From a virus (lineage: Duplodnaviria; Caudoviricetes): a stretch of DNA of 64,000 nucleotides. The DNA is taken from positions 1,829-65,828 of the IMG/VR virus record IMGVR_UViG_3300036851_000198. One strand, given 5' to 3'. The notes under the pieces were generated by a model that was given only the letters and a program-made list of their open reading frames with translations, did no database searches and was not told the DNA's origin. The position numbers and the translations under genes were made by a program. Shown here one piece after another: positions 48,304 through 56,074 of the stretch. Within the stretch, counting starts at the first letter, position 1, and every line of letters starts with the position of its first letter.

Positions 48304-49109
48304 TGCCTGTCCTGTTGGTGTTGTTGGCGCAGGCGACACCTGCCGGTGGTGGGGTGAGTCCGTTGACGGCGGTGTTGATCGCTCTGCTGGGTGGTGGTGT
48401 GGCAGTTGCCTTGATCGACTGGTGGCGTAACCGAGGTAAGGATCGAGCGATGGAATCTCAGACCAAGGCGCAGGCCGACCAAATCGAAGCCCAACGCAAG
48501 TCGATTGTCGAGGATGTCAACGAGGTTATTTGGAAGCGAACGCAGACAGAACTAGAGCGTGCCGACAGGGAGCTGATGGATGAGCGCGAGGTTCGGCGAA
48601 TGTCTGAGGAGCGTGCCGCCAAGGAGATCGACATTGAGCGCAAGGCCCGGGCACGCTTGGAGAAGGAGGTTGAAGAGCTACGAGCACGGGTCCACAACAT
48701 GGAGGAGAGAGCGGCGGAAGAGCAGGCGACCGCGTATGCGGCGCTGCTGGAGGCGATCCCTGACGCGGTGATCCAGGCGGGCCAATACGGGCTCATCAAG
48801 GCGGTCAACGGGGCCGCGCTGAAGATGTTCGGCTATGAGCGCGGGGAGATGGTTGGTCGCGCGATCACGGATCTGATGCCGGATCGTTACAAGCCCGCGC
48901 ATCGGGCGGGCTTTGCGCAGGCGCTACTCACCGGCAAGGGGCCGTTATTGGAGTCTGACGATCCGACGCGCATCAACGCCTTGTACGCGGACGGCCATGA
49001 GTTCCAGGTGGCGCTACGTCTGTCAGCGCAGAACCATTGCTTCACTGCCGTCCTTCGCCCGTACGTCCCGCGTGACGGCGGCGAGCTACCTCTGGTAGAC
49101 TTCCTCTGA
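48303..49109 (+). CDS. membrane protein: TM + coiled coil + C-terminal PAS domain
   Basis: LLEAIPDAVI...VNGAALKMFGY..EMVG..ITDLMP..Y...H...ADGHEFQV.L.LS. Confidence 0.85.
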   Translation: MPVLLVLLAQATPAGGGVSPLTAVLIALLGGGVAVALIDWWRNRGKDRAMESQTKAQADQIEAQRKSIVEDVNEVIWKRTQTELERADRELMDEREVRRMSEERAAKEIDIERKARARLEKEVEELRARVHNMEERAAEEQATAYAALLEAIPDAVIQAGQYGLIKAVNGAALKMFGYERGEMVGRAITDLMPDRYKPAHRAGFAQALLTGKGPLLESDDPTRINALYADGHEFQVALRLSAQNHCFTAVLRPYVPRDGGELPLVDFL

Positions 49110-49224
49110 GCCCCCCCCCCCCCGGTAGCCCTGTCAGGGCCTTGTCAGACCCTCGTAGACAGCTTTCGACCGCTAATCTGGGGGTAGACCGCGGGCTAGG
49201 GGTGTATAGAGCCTCTGACATCCG

Positions 49225-49494
49225 CTACCGCTCGCGGCATTGACCGGCTGTATAGCGGCTGACGGTTGTCTTGCTGACGCCGGTGATATCCACGATTTCG
49301 GCTACGGTGTACCCACTACGACGTAGACGGACTATCCGATCAATCTCCATCGGACTGAGCTTCGCGCTACGGCCTGGATCATTGGCCCTGAAGTAGTGCT
49401 CGCGATCCCAGCGGCGCTTCTGTTCCCTGCGGCGCTCGCTGTCCGCGTGCTCGGCGTCCCATCGGATCTTCGCAGGATGTCGGTCACCTGCCAT
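49225..49494 (-). CDS. helix-turn-helix DNA-binding protein
   Basis: AKLS...IVRLRRSGYTVAEIVDITGVSKTTVSRY. Confidence 0.8.
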   Translation of the reverse strand: MAGDRHPAKIRWDAEHADSERRREQKRRWDREHYFRANDPGRSAKLSPMEIDRIVRLRRSGYTVAEIVDITGVSKTTVSRYTAGQCRER

Positions 49495-49687
49495 GCTTGT
49501 TTGTCACTCTGACCAATGCATTCTCTGCCAATTCGTATGGAGTATTGTGACCGTAGAGAATGGCGTCGTGTGTATTGTCACGGCATTATCATCCATAGCG
49601 CTTCGAACACTATCACCATGATTGCAAGGCACGCGCATATATCAACCCACGCTGATCGTCCGCCATCGACTACCATCCCTTCTTCTG

Positions 49688-50407
49688 TCATGGTAGATCC
49701 ATTTTCGGTTTCGGGAACATTGGCTCATCCTCGCCGATGCAGCGAGCTAGTCTGGTGCGCGGGTCCTCTGCCATAGCGTCGCTCGCCTTCAGACGCTCAG
49801 CGCGCAGGTGCTCGCGAGCATCAGACTTCTGTTCATCGGTAGGACTAAACACCTTTGTTCCGACGTATCTGTCGACCAACTCCGTTTCTGCCACCTCGCC
49901 TCCCCGCTCTGAGGTGGCATCAAACTCTCCTACGATGGCATCTGGTTTTTGGTTGCGAATATTCAACTCGAATGTTGGTCTCCTTGCTGCGTTGTGTTTC
50001 ATCTCGTTGAGTTTTCGATCTTCGTGCCAACCATCGACGCCGTGCTCGGCTCGCGCCGCGAGCTTTTCCAGGTTCCAGGCAGCCACTCGCTCTAGCTCGA
50101 CGCCTAGCTCGCTAGCGAGCGCAGCAACGTACCAAAGTACATCACCCAACTCGTCAATAATCTGCCCGCGCTTGACTACGGACAGGTCCGCCATTCCCCC
50201 TTCCTCTCGCCAGGACTTGCCGAGTAGCTCGGCAACCTCCCCAGCCTCGCCGTTGAGCTTGAGCACCGCATACGACATCGCTATCGGATGCGCGCCCTCC
50301 ATGGCGTGCGGATAGAACGCGGTAGCCTTCGCTCGCATCTGGTATTGGTGAAACCCCAACTTGGCTTCGGGCATTGTTGCGCTCCTTACGACTTCCATTA
50401 CGGCCAT
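49688..50407 (-). CDS. MazG-like nucleotide pyrophosphohydrolase with C-terminal extension
   Basis: LNGEAGEVAE...DELGDVLWYV...NLEKL. Confidence 0.9.
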   Translation of the reverse strand: MAVMEVVRSATMPEAKLGFHQYQMRAKATAFYPHAMEGAHPIAMSYAVLKLNGEAGEVAELLGKSWREEGGMADLSVVKRGQIIDELGDVLWYVAALASELGVELERVAAWNLEKLAARAEHGVDGWHEDRKLNEMKHNAARRPTFELNIRNQKPDAIVGEFDATSERGGEVAETELVDRYVGTKVFSPTDEQKSDAREHLRAERLKASDAMAEDPRTRLARCIGEDEPMFPKPKMDLP

Positions 50408-50410
50408 TGA

Positions 50411-50771
50411 TCAAACAAACCTTCCCAGAGAATCTCTTTTTCTGTTGTCAACCCTACCCCTCTCATGATACTCGATTATCCGATGGTGCTTGCCATGACA
50501 AGAACGGCAAAGAGGCATCAAATTTTCACGTCTGTTATCCGACGTATCCTCGTTGATGTGGTGCCAGACTTGTCCTTTCCTTCCACACATTTCACACACT
50601 TCTGGTTTGCCATACTTTTTGCGGTTGCGCTTTGCATTGTTGTGCCCAGCATAACGTCCGTGTTTATACTGGACATTATCTTTTCCTACATTCATGGATA
50701 CGCCGGGAAGAACCTACATTCATGGATACGCCGGGAAGAAATGTTCCGTCATTTCGTCGTCCGTCGCTCAT
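50411..50771 (-). pseudogene. HNH endonuclease frameshifted by a 28-bp tandem duplication
   Basis: AAGGAGG SD and ATG at 50771; HHINEDTSDNRRENLMPLCRSCH; removing one repeat copy restores the frame. Confidence 0.7.
50685..50740. repeat. perfect 28-bp tandem repeat
   Basis: CCTACATTCATGGATACGCCGGGAAGAA x2. Confidence 0.95.
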
Positions 50772-50788
50772 TTTGCCTCCTTCTATGT

Positions 50789-51307
50789 CTAACAGTTAGG
50801 CCAGGGCTGGCCGCCGCGTTGTGCGTGCAGGACTGCGGCTCTGCGATCTTGCTCAGCTTCTGATGCTGCTGCCGGATCGCCGGTTCCGCCGACGCTCCGC
50901 CACGTGCCCATGTCGAACTGATACTTGCCTCGGTATGTTCCGTCCTTAGACACAGCCTTCGGGTTGCCCCCTGACTCGCAGCTTGCGATTGACTCTAGCG
51001 TTGATCCTGCCTTGGCAGTTTTGGTACCAGCAGGCGGTTGCCTCGGGAACTTCGGAACAAGAAGTGGGATCATGAGTCGCCGCATGATCTTTATGCTCTT
51101 GGCAAAGTCTTTGTAAGTTGCCTTTCTCGAACTGTGTTTTGTATTCACTCCATACCTTCTGATGTTCCTGCCTGCTGCTTTGGCACCGTGCCGTTTTACC
51201 AGAACCTGCCTAACATCTGTGTACTTCTGTTTCAACGGCTTCTGTCTTGCTTGTGCCGGTGCTGCAATGGTCGGCACGATGATCATAGCCAGCATTACCT
51301 TCTTCAC
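50789..51307 (-). CDS. secreted resuscitation-promoting factor (Rpf)-type transglycosylase
   Basis: signal peptide ending AQA; IASCESGGN...YRGKYQFD..TW..VGG..PAAASEAEQ...QPWPNC. Confidence 0.9.
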   Translation of the reverse strand: MKKVMLAMIIVPTIAAPAQARQKPLKQKYTDVRQVLVKRHGAKAAGRNIRRYGVNTKHSSRKATYKDFAKSIKIMRRLMIPLLVPKFPRQPPAGTKTAKAGSTLESIASCESGGNPKAVSKDGTYRGKYQFDMGTWRSVGGTGDPAAASEAEQDRRAAVLHAQRGGQPWPNC

Positions 51308-51436
51308 GGATTTACTCCAATGATTGTTTGCCTAGTGCAATACTACCCAGCGGTAGGTACATTGACTTCCCATTTTGATCCGCTGGTTCGTGATTGGGCT
51401 AGTAGACCACCTCCAAATTAGTTTGCAAAAGCATTG

Positions 51437-51775
51437 CTAGATGCTACCGGGAATCAGATTGTACCGGGAATCAGATTGGTTTTGGCTCTTAGCGTCACTG
51501 GTTGCTGACTCTAGCGCCTCGATCACGCAGACAATCGCCTGGTGGTCGTCGTGACTCATCTCTTGCGCCGCCGCGTAGGCGTTGTCGATCACTGCCTGAA
51601 GATGGTCGGCGTAGTTCGAGAGGGCGTCGTAGTCGCCCCCGCGGGTGACCGCGAATGGGTGGGTTGGCTTATGTGGTCGAACGGCGTTCATGCGGGGTCC
51701 TTTCGGCTCGTCGGGCACCCAAGGCGGCGCGTACTCGGCGTCGTGTTGGCGCGTGACGTTCAGACGGTCGGCCAT
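51437..51775 (-). CDS. cassette-array protein (chimera of modules A and B)
   Basis: N-terminus shared with 53169-53396, internal block shared with 53396-53596. Confidence 0.7.
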   Translation of the reverse strand: MADRLNVTRQHDAEYAPPWVPDEPKGPRMNAVRPHKPTHPFAVTRGGDYDALSNYADHLQAVIDNAYAAAQEMSHDDHQAIVCVIEALESATSDAKSQNQSDSRYNLIPGSI

Positions 51776-51984
51776 CAGGTGTCCTTTCCGGTCGAAGCGA
51801 GTCCCAATGCGATCTGACCCACCCGAGAGCGCATCAGGCCCGTCGCCTCGGCGATCTGTGCGTGCGTCATTCCCTCGGCCAGCGCGTTGCGGACGGCAGC
51901 GTTGCGGGCCTCGCGGGCTTCCTCGGCACGGCCGTAGGCCCGCTGGTAGCGGGCCTCGGCCTTGCGTAGCTCGGCGTGGGTCAT
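51775..51984 (-). CDS. small HTH regulator
   Basis: RNAAVRNALAEGMTHAQIAEATGLMRSRVGQI. Confidence 0.8.
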   Translation of the reverse strand: MTHAELRKAEARYQRAYGRAEEAREARNAAVRNALAEGMTHAQIAEATGLMRSRVGQIALGLASTGKDT

Positions 51985-52172
51985 TTGGCCGCGATCTCGA
52001 TGGAGTCCATCTGTGTCTCGCAGACGTTGGGGTTGAGCTGGCGGAACTTGCGAACGAAGCCGCCGCCGTGCAGTGCGCAGTGGCGTACGGCTTCGGCCTT
52101 GCGGGCGAAGTGCTCGGTCTGGCCGAGGTTTGGCCAAGCAGTCCAGTAGGTGAAGGGCGTGAAGTTGTTCAT
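51981..52172 (-). CDS. hypothetical protein, probably leaderless
   Basis: ATG 7 nt after the -10 box; ATGA overlap with the HTH gene. Confidence 0.6.
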   Translation of the reverse strand: MNNFTPFTYWTAWPNLGQTEHFARKAEAVRHCALHGGGFVRKFRQLNPNVCETQMDSIEIAAK

Positions 52173-52179
52173 GGACATC

Positions 52180-52219
52180 ATTATGCCAAGACCCATTGGC
52201 AATGTCAAGAGGTCTTGGC
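52180..52219 (-). promoter_or_regulatory. near-consensus promoter with overlapping operator
   Basis: TTGACA-17 nt-CATAAT; inverted repeat GCCAAGACC 52185-52193 / GGTCTTGGC 52211-52219. Confidence 0.8.
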
Positions 52220-52229
52220 GTGTTCACCG

Positions 52230-52445
52230 TCAATCCCTCGTTATCTCATTGAGCGTCTGCACCGAAATCTGCACGCAACCATCGGGACAGGTCACGACGA
52301 AGTTGTGCGCGTCCACGGCAGCGGCTGCAAGCTGGCGGGTGTCCATGACGCCGATGAGCGGATCGTCGTCGGACGGCTCTGGGCCGGTCTGCTCGTAGAT
52401 CGTGCGGCCCACCTTGCGACCCGTGCGCCAAAGACAAATCGTCAT
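52230..52445 (-). CDS. hypothetical protein
   Basis: WRTGRKVGRTIY...IGVMDT..LA...V.AHN pattern. Confidence 0.65.
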   Translation of the reverse strand: MTICLWRTGRKVGRTIYEQTGPEPSDDDPLIGVMDTRQLAAAAVDAHNFVVTCPDGCVQISVQTLNEITRD

Positions 52446-52579
52446 GGACATCCCAAAGCCGTTGACGCGAGCATGAACACGGTAAGCCCCGCGCTACCCA
52501 CCACGAGGAGGATGACGAAGTGGAAGAACTCAACCTTCCGGCCAACTCGCCAGGGAAGCGACTTCTTTCTGTCAGTCAT
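52442..52579 (-). CDS. 45-aa membrane peptide
   Basis: GGGGAG SD, ATGA overlaps, one hydrophobic segment. Confidence 0.6.
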   Translation of the reverse strand: MTDRKKSLPWRVGRKVEFFHFVILLVVGSAGLTVFMLASTALGCP

Positions 52580-52761
52580 CGCGGCTCCCCGGTCGTAGGA
52601 ACACTCAACGTCGCGTACCACTTGTAAGATGGCGGGCGATACAGGGCGTCATAGACGACGAGCGGGATCACACCGATAGTGGGAATGGCGTAGCGCTTGT
52701 CAGGACTCATCGAAGTCTCAGGCTCGGCTTGGTCCCAAAGGGGGTCGCGTTGCTCAGACAT
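52576..52761 (-). CDS. cassette-array hypothetical protein
   Basis: GGAGG SD; ends TGEPR. Confidence 0.6.
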   Translation of the reverse strand: MSEQRDPLWDQAEPETSMSPDKRYAIPTIGVIPLVVYDALYRPPSYKWYATLSVPTTGEPR

Positions 52762-52984
52762 CGCGCCCTCCGGTCTGAGCGTCGCTGGATGAAACAGCGA
52801 GGCGGTGGCATTCGTCGCACCACGTCGCGATCTTGCCCGTGGGGATCGTCGGCCCGGTGACGAGGCGGGCGTGCGGGTGCTTCGGGCAACGAAGTTCGCG
52901 TGCCTGCTGGGCCTTCAACATTTGCTCCTGCTGCGCACGCGGCCCCTTGCGCATCCGCTCGGCCATTGATTCGTGATCGCTCAC
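52754..52984 (-). CDS. cassette-array Zn-ribbon protein
   Basis: GTG start; CPKH...CDEC; ends TGGRDV. Confidence 0.6.
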   Translation of the reverse strand: MSDHESMAERMRKGPRAQQEQMLKAQQARELRCPKHPHARLVTGPTIPTGKIATWCDECHRLAVSSSDAQTGGRDV

Positions 52985-53172
52985 GGTCCGACCTCTTTCC
53001 CGGTCGAAGGAACGCTCTCCACCGTGGGGACCGATCCCCACCCGCGCTGCTTCTCGCGCACCACCATCTCAGCGGTTTCGCGATTGTCGTAAGGACCCAT
53101 GCGGTGAAGCTCCTTCCCGTCGCGGTTGCGGAAGACGGCGTAGAAGCGTTCCGACTTCGGTTTGTCAGTCAT
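52981..53172 (-). CDS. cassette-array hypothetical protein
   Basis: ATGA overlap; ends TGKEVGP. Confidence 0.65.
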   Translation of the reverse strand: MTDKPKSERFYAVFRNRDGKELHRMGPYDNRETAEMVVREKQRGWGSVPTVESVPSTGKEVGP

Positions 53173-53396
53173 CTCGGCTCCCCGGTCATTACGTCAGCGA
53201 TCACGACGATGCACTTTGCGTCGCGCAAGTCGTCCGCGACCTTCACTGTCTCGACGGTGGCCGTGCGGCCGTCGCTGAGCGTCACGGCGTCGCCGGGCTT
53301 CACGGGCAGCGGTAGGCGCGTGAACAGGCGCTCGGGCACCCACGGCGGCGTGTACTCGGCGTCGTGCTGGCGCGTGGCGTTCAGCCGGTCGGCCAT
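53169..53396 (-). CDS. cassette-array hypothetical protein (module A N-terminus)
   Basis: TAATG coupling; ends TGEPR. Confidence 0.65.
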   Translation of the reverse strand: MADRLNATRQHDAEYTPPWVPERLFTRLPLPVKPGDAVTLSDGRTATVETVKVADDLRDAKCIVVIADVMTGEPR

Positions 53397-53596
53397 TAGG
53401 TGTCCTCGCGGCTCAAAGCAGGTTCCAACGCTTCGATCACGCAGACAAGCGCCTGGTGGTCGTCGTGACTCATCTCCTGCGCCGCTGCGTAAGCGTTGTC
53501 GATGACGGCTCGTAGGCGCTGATTCTCGGTCTGCGCCTCGGTGCGCTCACGCACGGCGTTGTCGTACATGTGGACCGGGACCATCAGACCGCCCAT
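53396..53596 (-). CDS. cassette-array hypothetical protein (module B C-terminus)
   Basis: GGAGG SD; ends SREDT. Confidence 0.65.
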   Translation of the reverse strand: MGGLMVPVHMYDNAVRERTEAQTENQRLRAVIDNAYAAAQEMSHDDHQALVCVIEALEPALSREDT

Positions 53597-53773
53597 TTAG
53601 GTGTCCTCCCCGGTCGGTTCATCGAGGACGCTGCACCAGCCCTCGCAGGGCTTCATGGTGAAGGCGATGACGGCCTCGCCGGGCATGACCGTTGAGCGCT
53701 GCCGGTCGACCTCTAGCGGTTCGCCGCAGCGTGGGCACTCGCCGAGGTAGCGCGGGAGCTTGACCTCGGCCAT
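53597..53773 (-). CDS. cassette-array Zn-ribbon protein
   Basis: GECPRCGE; ends TGEDT. Confidence 0.6.
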   Translation of the reverse strand: MAEVKLPRYLGECPRCGEPLEVDRQRSTVMPGEAVIAFTMKPCEGWCSVLDEPTGEDT

Positions 53774-53901
53774 CAGGATCGCTCCCCGATCGAAGCTTCC
53801 TTCTTCGTGGCGGGCCTCCAGTAGACCCGGCCGTGCCCAGCGAGGCACTCCGCGCCATCGCCAAACAAGAGCCATGCCATGATGCAGTCCAGGCAGATCA
53901 C
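53773..53901 (-). CDS. cassette-array 42-aa protein
   Basis: GTGA overlap; CLDC...CLAGH; ends SIGERS. Confidence 0.55.
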   Translation of the reverse strand: MICLDCIMAWLLFGDGAECLAGHGRVYWRPATKKEASIGERS

Positions 53902-54155
53902 GACCCGGCCTCTTTTTCGGTCTTTGCGTCACGGATCGCTTCTCGTAACGCCTTGCGGGCCTCGCCGCATTGTTCGGACAGCGGCTTTTGCCAGCGTGTC
54001 CATGGCGACCAGCGCGGATCGTCGGGATATGGCGTCGTGTTGGCCATGGCGATCATGTGGCTCATCGCCTTGCTCAGCGCCCGGTCGATTTGTTGTGCAA
54101 GCTCGACGCTGATGGTGTAGCTCTTGTCAGAAAGCAACTCTCTTTGCTTAGGCAT
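53898..54155 (-). CDS. hypothetical protein
   Basis: coupled ORF; ends TEKEAGS. Confidence 0.6.
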   Translation of the reverse strand: MPKQRELLSDKSYTISVELAQQIDRALSKAMSHMIAMANTTPYPDDPRWSPWTRWQKPLSEQCGEARKALREAIRDAKTEKEAGS

Positions 54156-54330
54156 TCCGACTCGCTTTGATAGTTGTTACCATTGAACCGTTATCTCCGT
54201 GGTACGGACACTTCGGATCGGTCACTGTGTTGTCCTCGATGAAGTCGAGGTAGATGGCGTATTTGTTGAAACTCCTACCGCGTGCATGGTGATGGATAGG
54301 CGGTTCGACCTTGCATGTACACTCAGACAT
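54148..54330 (-). CDS. small Cys/His protein
   Basis: MSECTC...DPKCPYHGD. Confidence 0.55.
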   Translation of the reverse strand: MSECTCKVEPPIHHHARGRSFNKYAIYLDFIEDNTVTDPKCPYHGDNGSMVTTIKASRNA

Positions 54331-54535
54331 TTTGCAGAAGCTTGAGAGTGTGTTCGGATATTGGACCCCACCAATCGACCCTGCCAATATCTTCCCGGTC
54401 GTTCGCGGCGAGCACATCCAGGTACAGAGAGCTTTCTGTCTTGTGTTTAGTTTGAATAGCTAGCTCCCCAGTTCTTTTGGGATGTTTCACGTCGTCGCCG
54501 TAGTAAGCTGCCATATGGAACTTCCATTCATTCAT
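54323..54535 (-). CDS. hypothetical protein
   Basis: abuts the thyX stop. Confidence 0.6.
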   Translation of the reverse strand: MNEWKFHMAAYYGDDVKHPKRTGELAIQTKHKTESSLYLDVLAANDREDIGRVDWWGPISEHTLKLLQNV

Positions 54536-55438
54536 TTACTGCCACGCTGCGGTTGGGTCGCTGAGCCATTCTGATGAATGGATCTCATCGAAGCGCCCTG
54601 CCTCGACTCGTTCGCGTATGGTGCAACCACGATCTGCTCCTGATTTGAACATACACTTGCCGGTGTTGAAGCAGATCGGCTGAAAGATCTGGGAGTCTGC
54701 AATGTACTCGAACTGCCAGCGCGCTCCACGCAATTCATATGTCGGTCCGCCCATATCTTCAATTTGGTATGCTTTTGGAGGATTGTATTCTCGGATTGCT
54801 TGGCGCAACGATGCCACCCATTCCTTCCAGGGCATCTGGGCTTGTGTGCACAAGCGCTTGCCTATTTCATCTATAAGGTTGCGAAGTGACACTTTATGAT
54901 GAAGTCTAGTAAGAATATCGTGTGGGAGCAAGCCCCGAGCTTCCTCAGCTGGTACGCCGTTAGCGATCAGCCAAGCGTACACCTCTCCGACCTTGTCTAT
55001 GGCTTCGTAGTAGCGCTTGAGCTTCTTGGTATCTGCCTGGATGATTGGACCCGGTCGAACTGACTCTCTCAAGTTTTCCTTGACTGCGAATCGCATTGAT
55101 TCCTGTGCAAACACCGCTGTCCGCTGCCGTACTTCCTGATGCGTATGCGCGCGAGTTACCCCCTCAACCATAATATGTAGGTCGCAAAACTCAAGCGGAG
55201 CCTTTAGTGTGGTCTTGAAACACTCATCGAAGTAGTGCCTGCGCTCGTCGTCGGTAATCTCGCTGAGGTCGTGTATAACGCGACCTTCGTACATTAGTGA
55301 CGCAGCCGCTATTGCTCCTAGCGGATCTGGTGTGGCTGACAAAAGATGCACTACTGGGTGGCTGAGTGCAGTCTCCGGAATCGGCTCGGCCTCATACATC
55401 GAGGAATCTACCCAATTTGAAACTTCCTGTCCCATCAA
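54536..55438 (-). CDS. thyX: flavin-dependent thymidylate synthase
   Basis: PLEF, VTRAHTHQEVRQRTAVFAQESMRF, AEEARGLLP, RLCTQAQ. Confidence 0.85.
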   Translation of the reverse strand: MMGQEVSNWVDSSMYEAEPIPETALSHPVVHLLSATPDPLGAIAAASLMYEGRVIHDLSEITDDERRHYFDECFKTTLKAPLEFCDLHIMVEGVTRAHTHQEVRQRTAVFAQESMRFAVKENLRESVRPGPIIQADTKKLKRYYEAIDKVGEVYAWLIANGVPAEEARGLLPHDILTRLHHKVSLRNLIDEIGKRLCTQAQMPWKEWVASLRQAIREYNPPKAYQIEDMGGPTYELRGARWQFEYIADSQIFQPICFNTGKCMFKSGADRGCTIRERVEAGRFDEIHSSEWLSDPTAAWQ

Positions 55439-55449
55439 TTACTCCTGAC

Positions 55450-55899
55450 TCATTGAACTTCGCCAAGGTACTCGTAGTCCTGCCACCTTGTGTATTGTCC
55501 GTCTATGAAGAATCCCCATCCGCTCTGCCGCTTGCCGGTAAAGATGAGCGTCTTCAATCTCGGCGATGCGTAGGTGATTCTGTGTGCCTCCTTTCGACCC
55601 ATTTTGTGCGCGCTAAAGCGTCGGTGGTGCTGAGTATGGTAGTTGTATGATTTCTTATCTGGATACGGATAGACGCGCTCCGTGTAGCTTCCGCGCAGCA
55701 CTACAGAGATGAACGTCCATGGGTGATTGTGGCAATCGCGGTCGCCGTCTGGTTCGTAGATGTCATGTAGGTAGATGCCGAACCATGGCGTCTGGATGAG
55801 TCGCAGTCGAGCGAGGTACGGAATCCCGCCCTGGCAGTTGATGAGCATCCTAGACCAGAAGGCCCACATCGGCGAACGCTTACCCACAACTTGCGCCAT
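55450..55899 (-). CDS. cupin-fold phage protein
   Basis: IYLH...D.DRDCHNHPWTFISVVLRGSYTE...HRI. Confidence 0.7.
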   Translation of the reverse strand: MAQVVGKRSPMWAFWSRMLINCQGGIPYLARLRLIQTPWFGIYLHDIYEPDGDRDCHNHPWTFISVVLRGSYTERVYPYPDKKSYNYHTQHHRRFSAHKMGRKEAHRITYASPRLKTLIFTGKRQSGWGFFIDGQYTRWQDYEYLGEVQ

Positions 55900-56074
55900 T
55901 ATCTACCTACCATTTGTCCGAAGTGAATCGTACACAACTGCTTTCCGAAACAGAACTCGCATTCCTCGACACGCAGCCATAACTCGATCTCATCTTCAAG
56001 CTCATCCTCGGTTATGACATCGGTCGCGTACTCGTTGTGCAACTTTTCCATCTCCGGTTTGGTATCGAAGTTGT

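Noticed and set aside
49111-49123. C13 homopolymer as a phase-variation tract
   Set aside because: It is intergenic between convergent genes, so a length change has no obvious target; it may be a sequencing artefact.
50397-50412. DQWP* after the HNH as a displaced Rpf C-terminus
   Set aside because: Only two or three residues match, too little to support.
51645-52598. 317-aa plus-strand ORF over the cassette array
   Set aside because: Antisense shadow in GC-rich DNA; the minus-strand genes have SDs and coupled overlaps.
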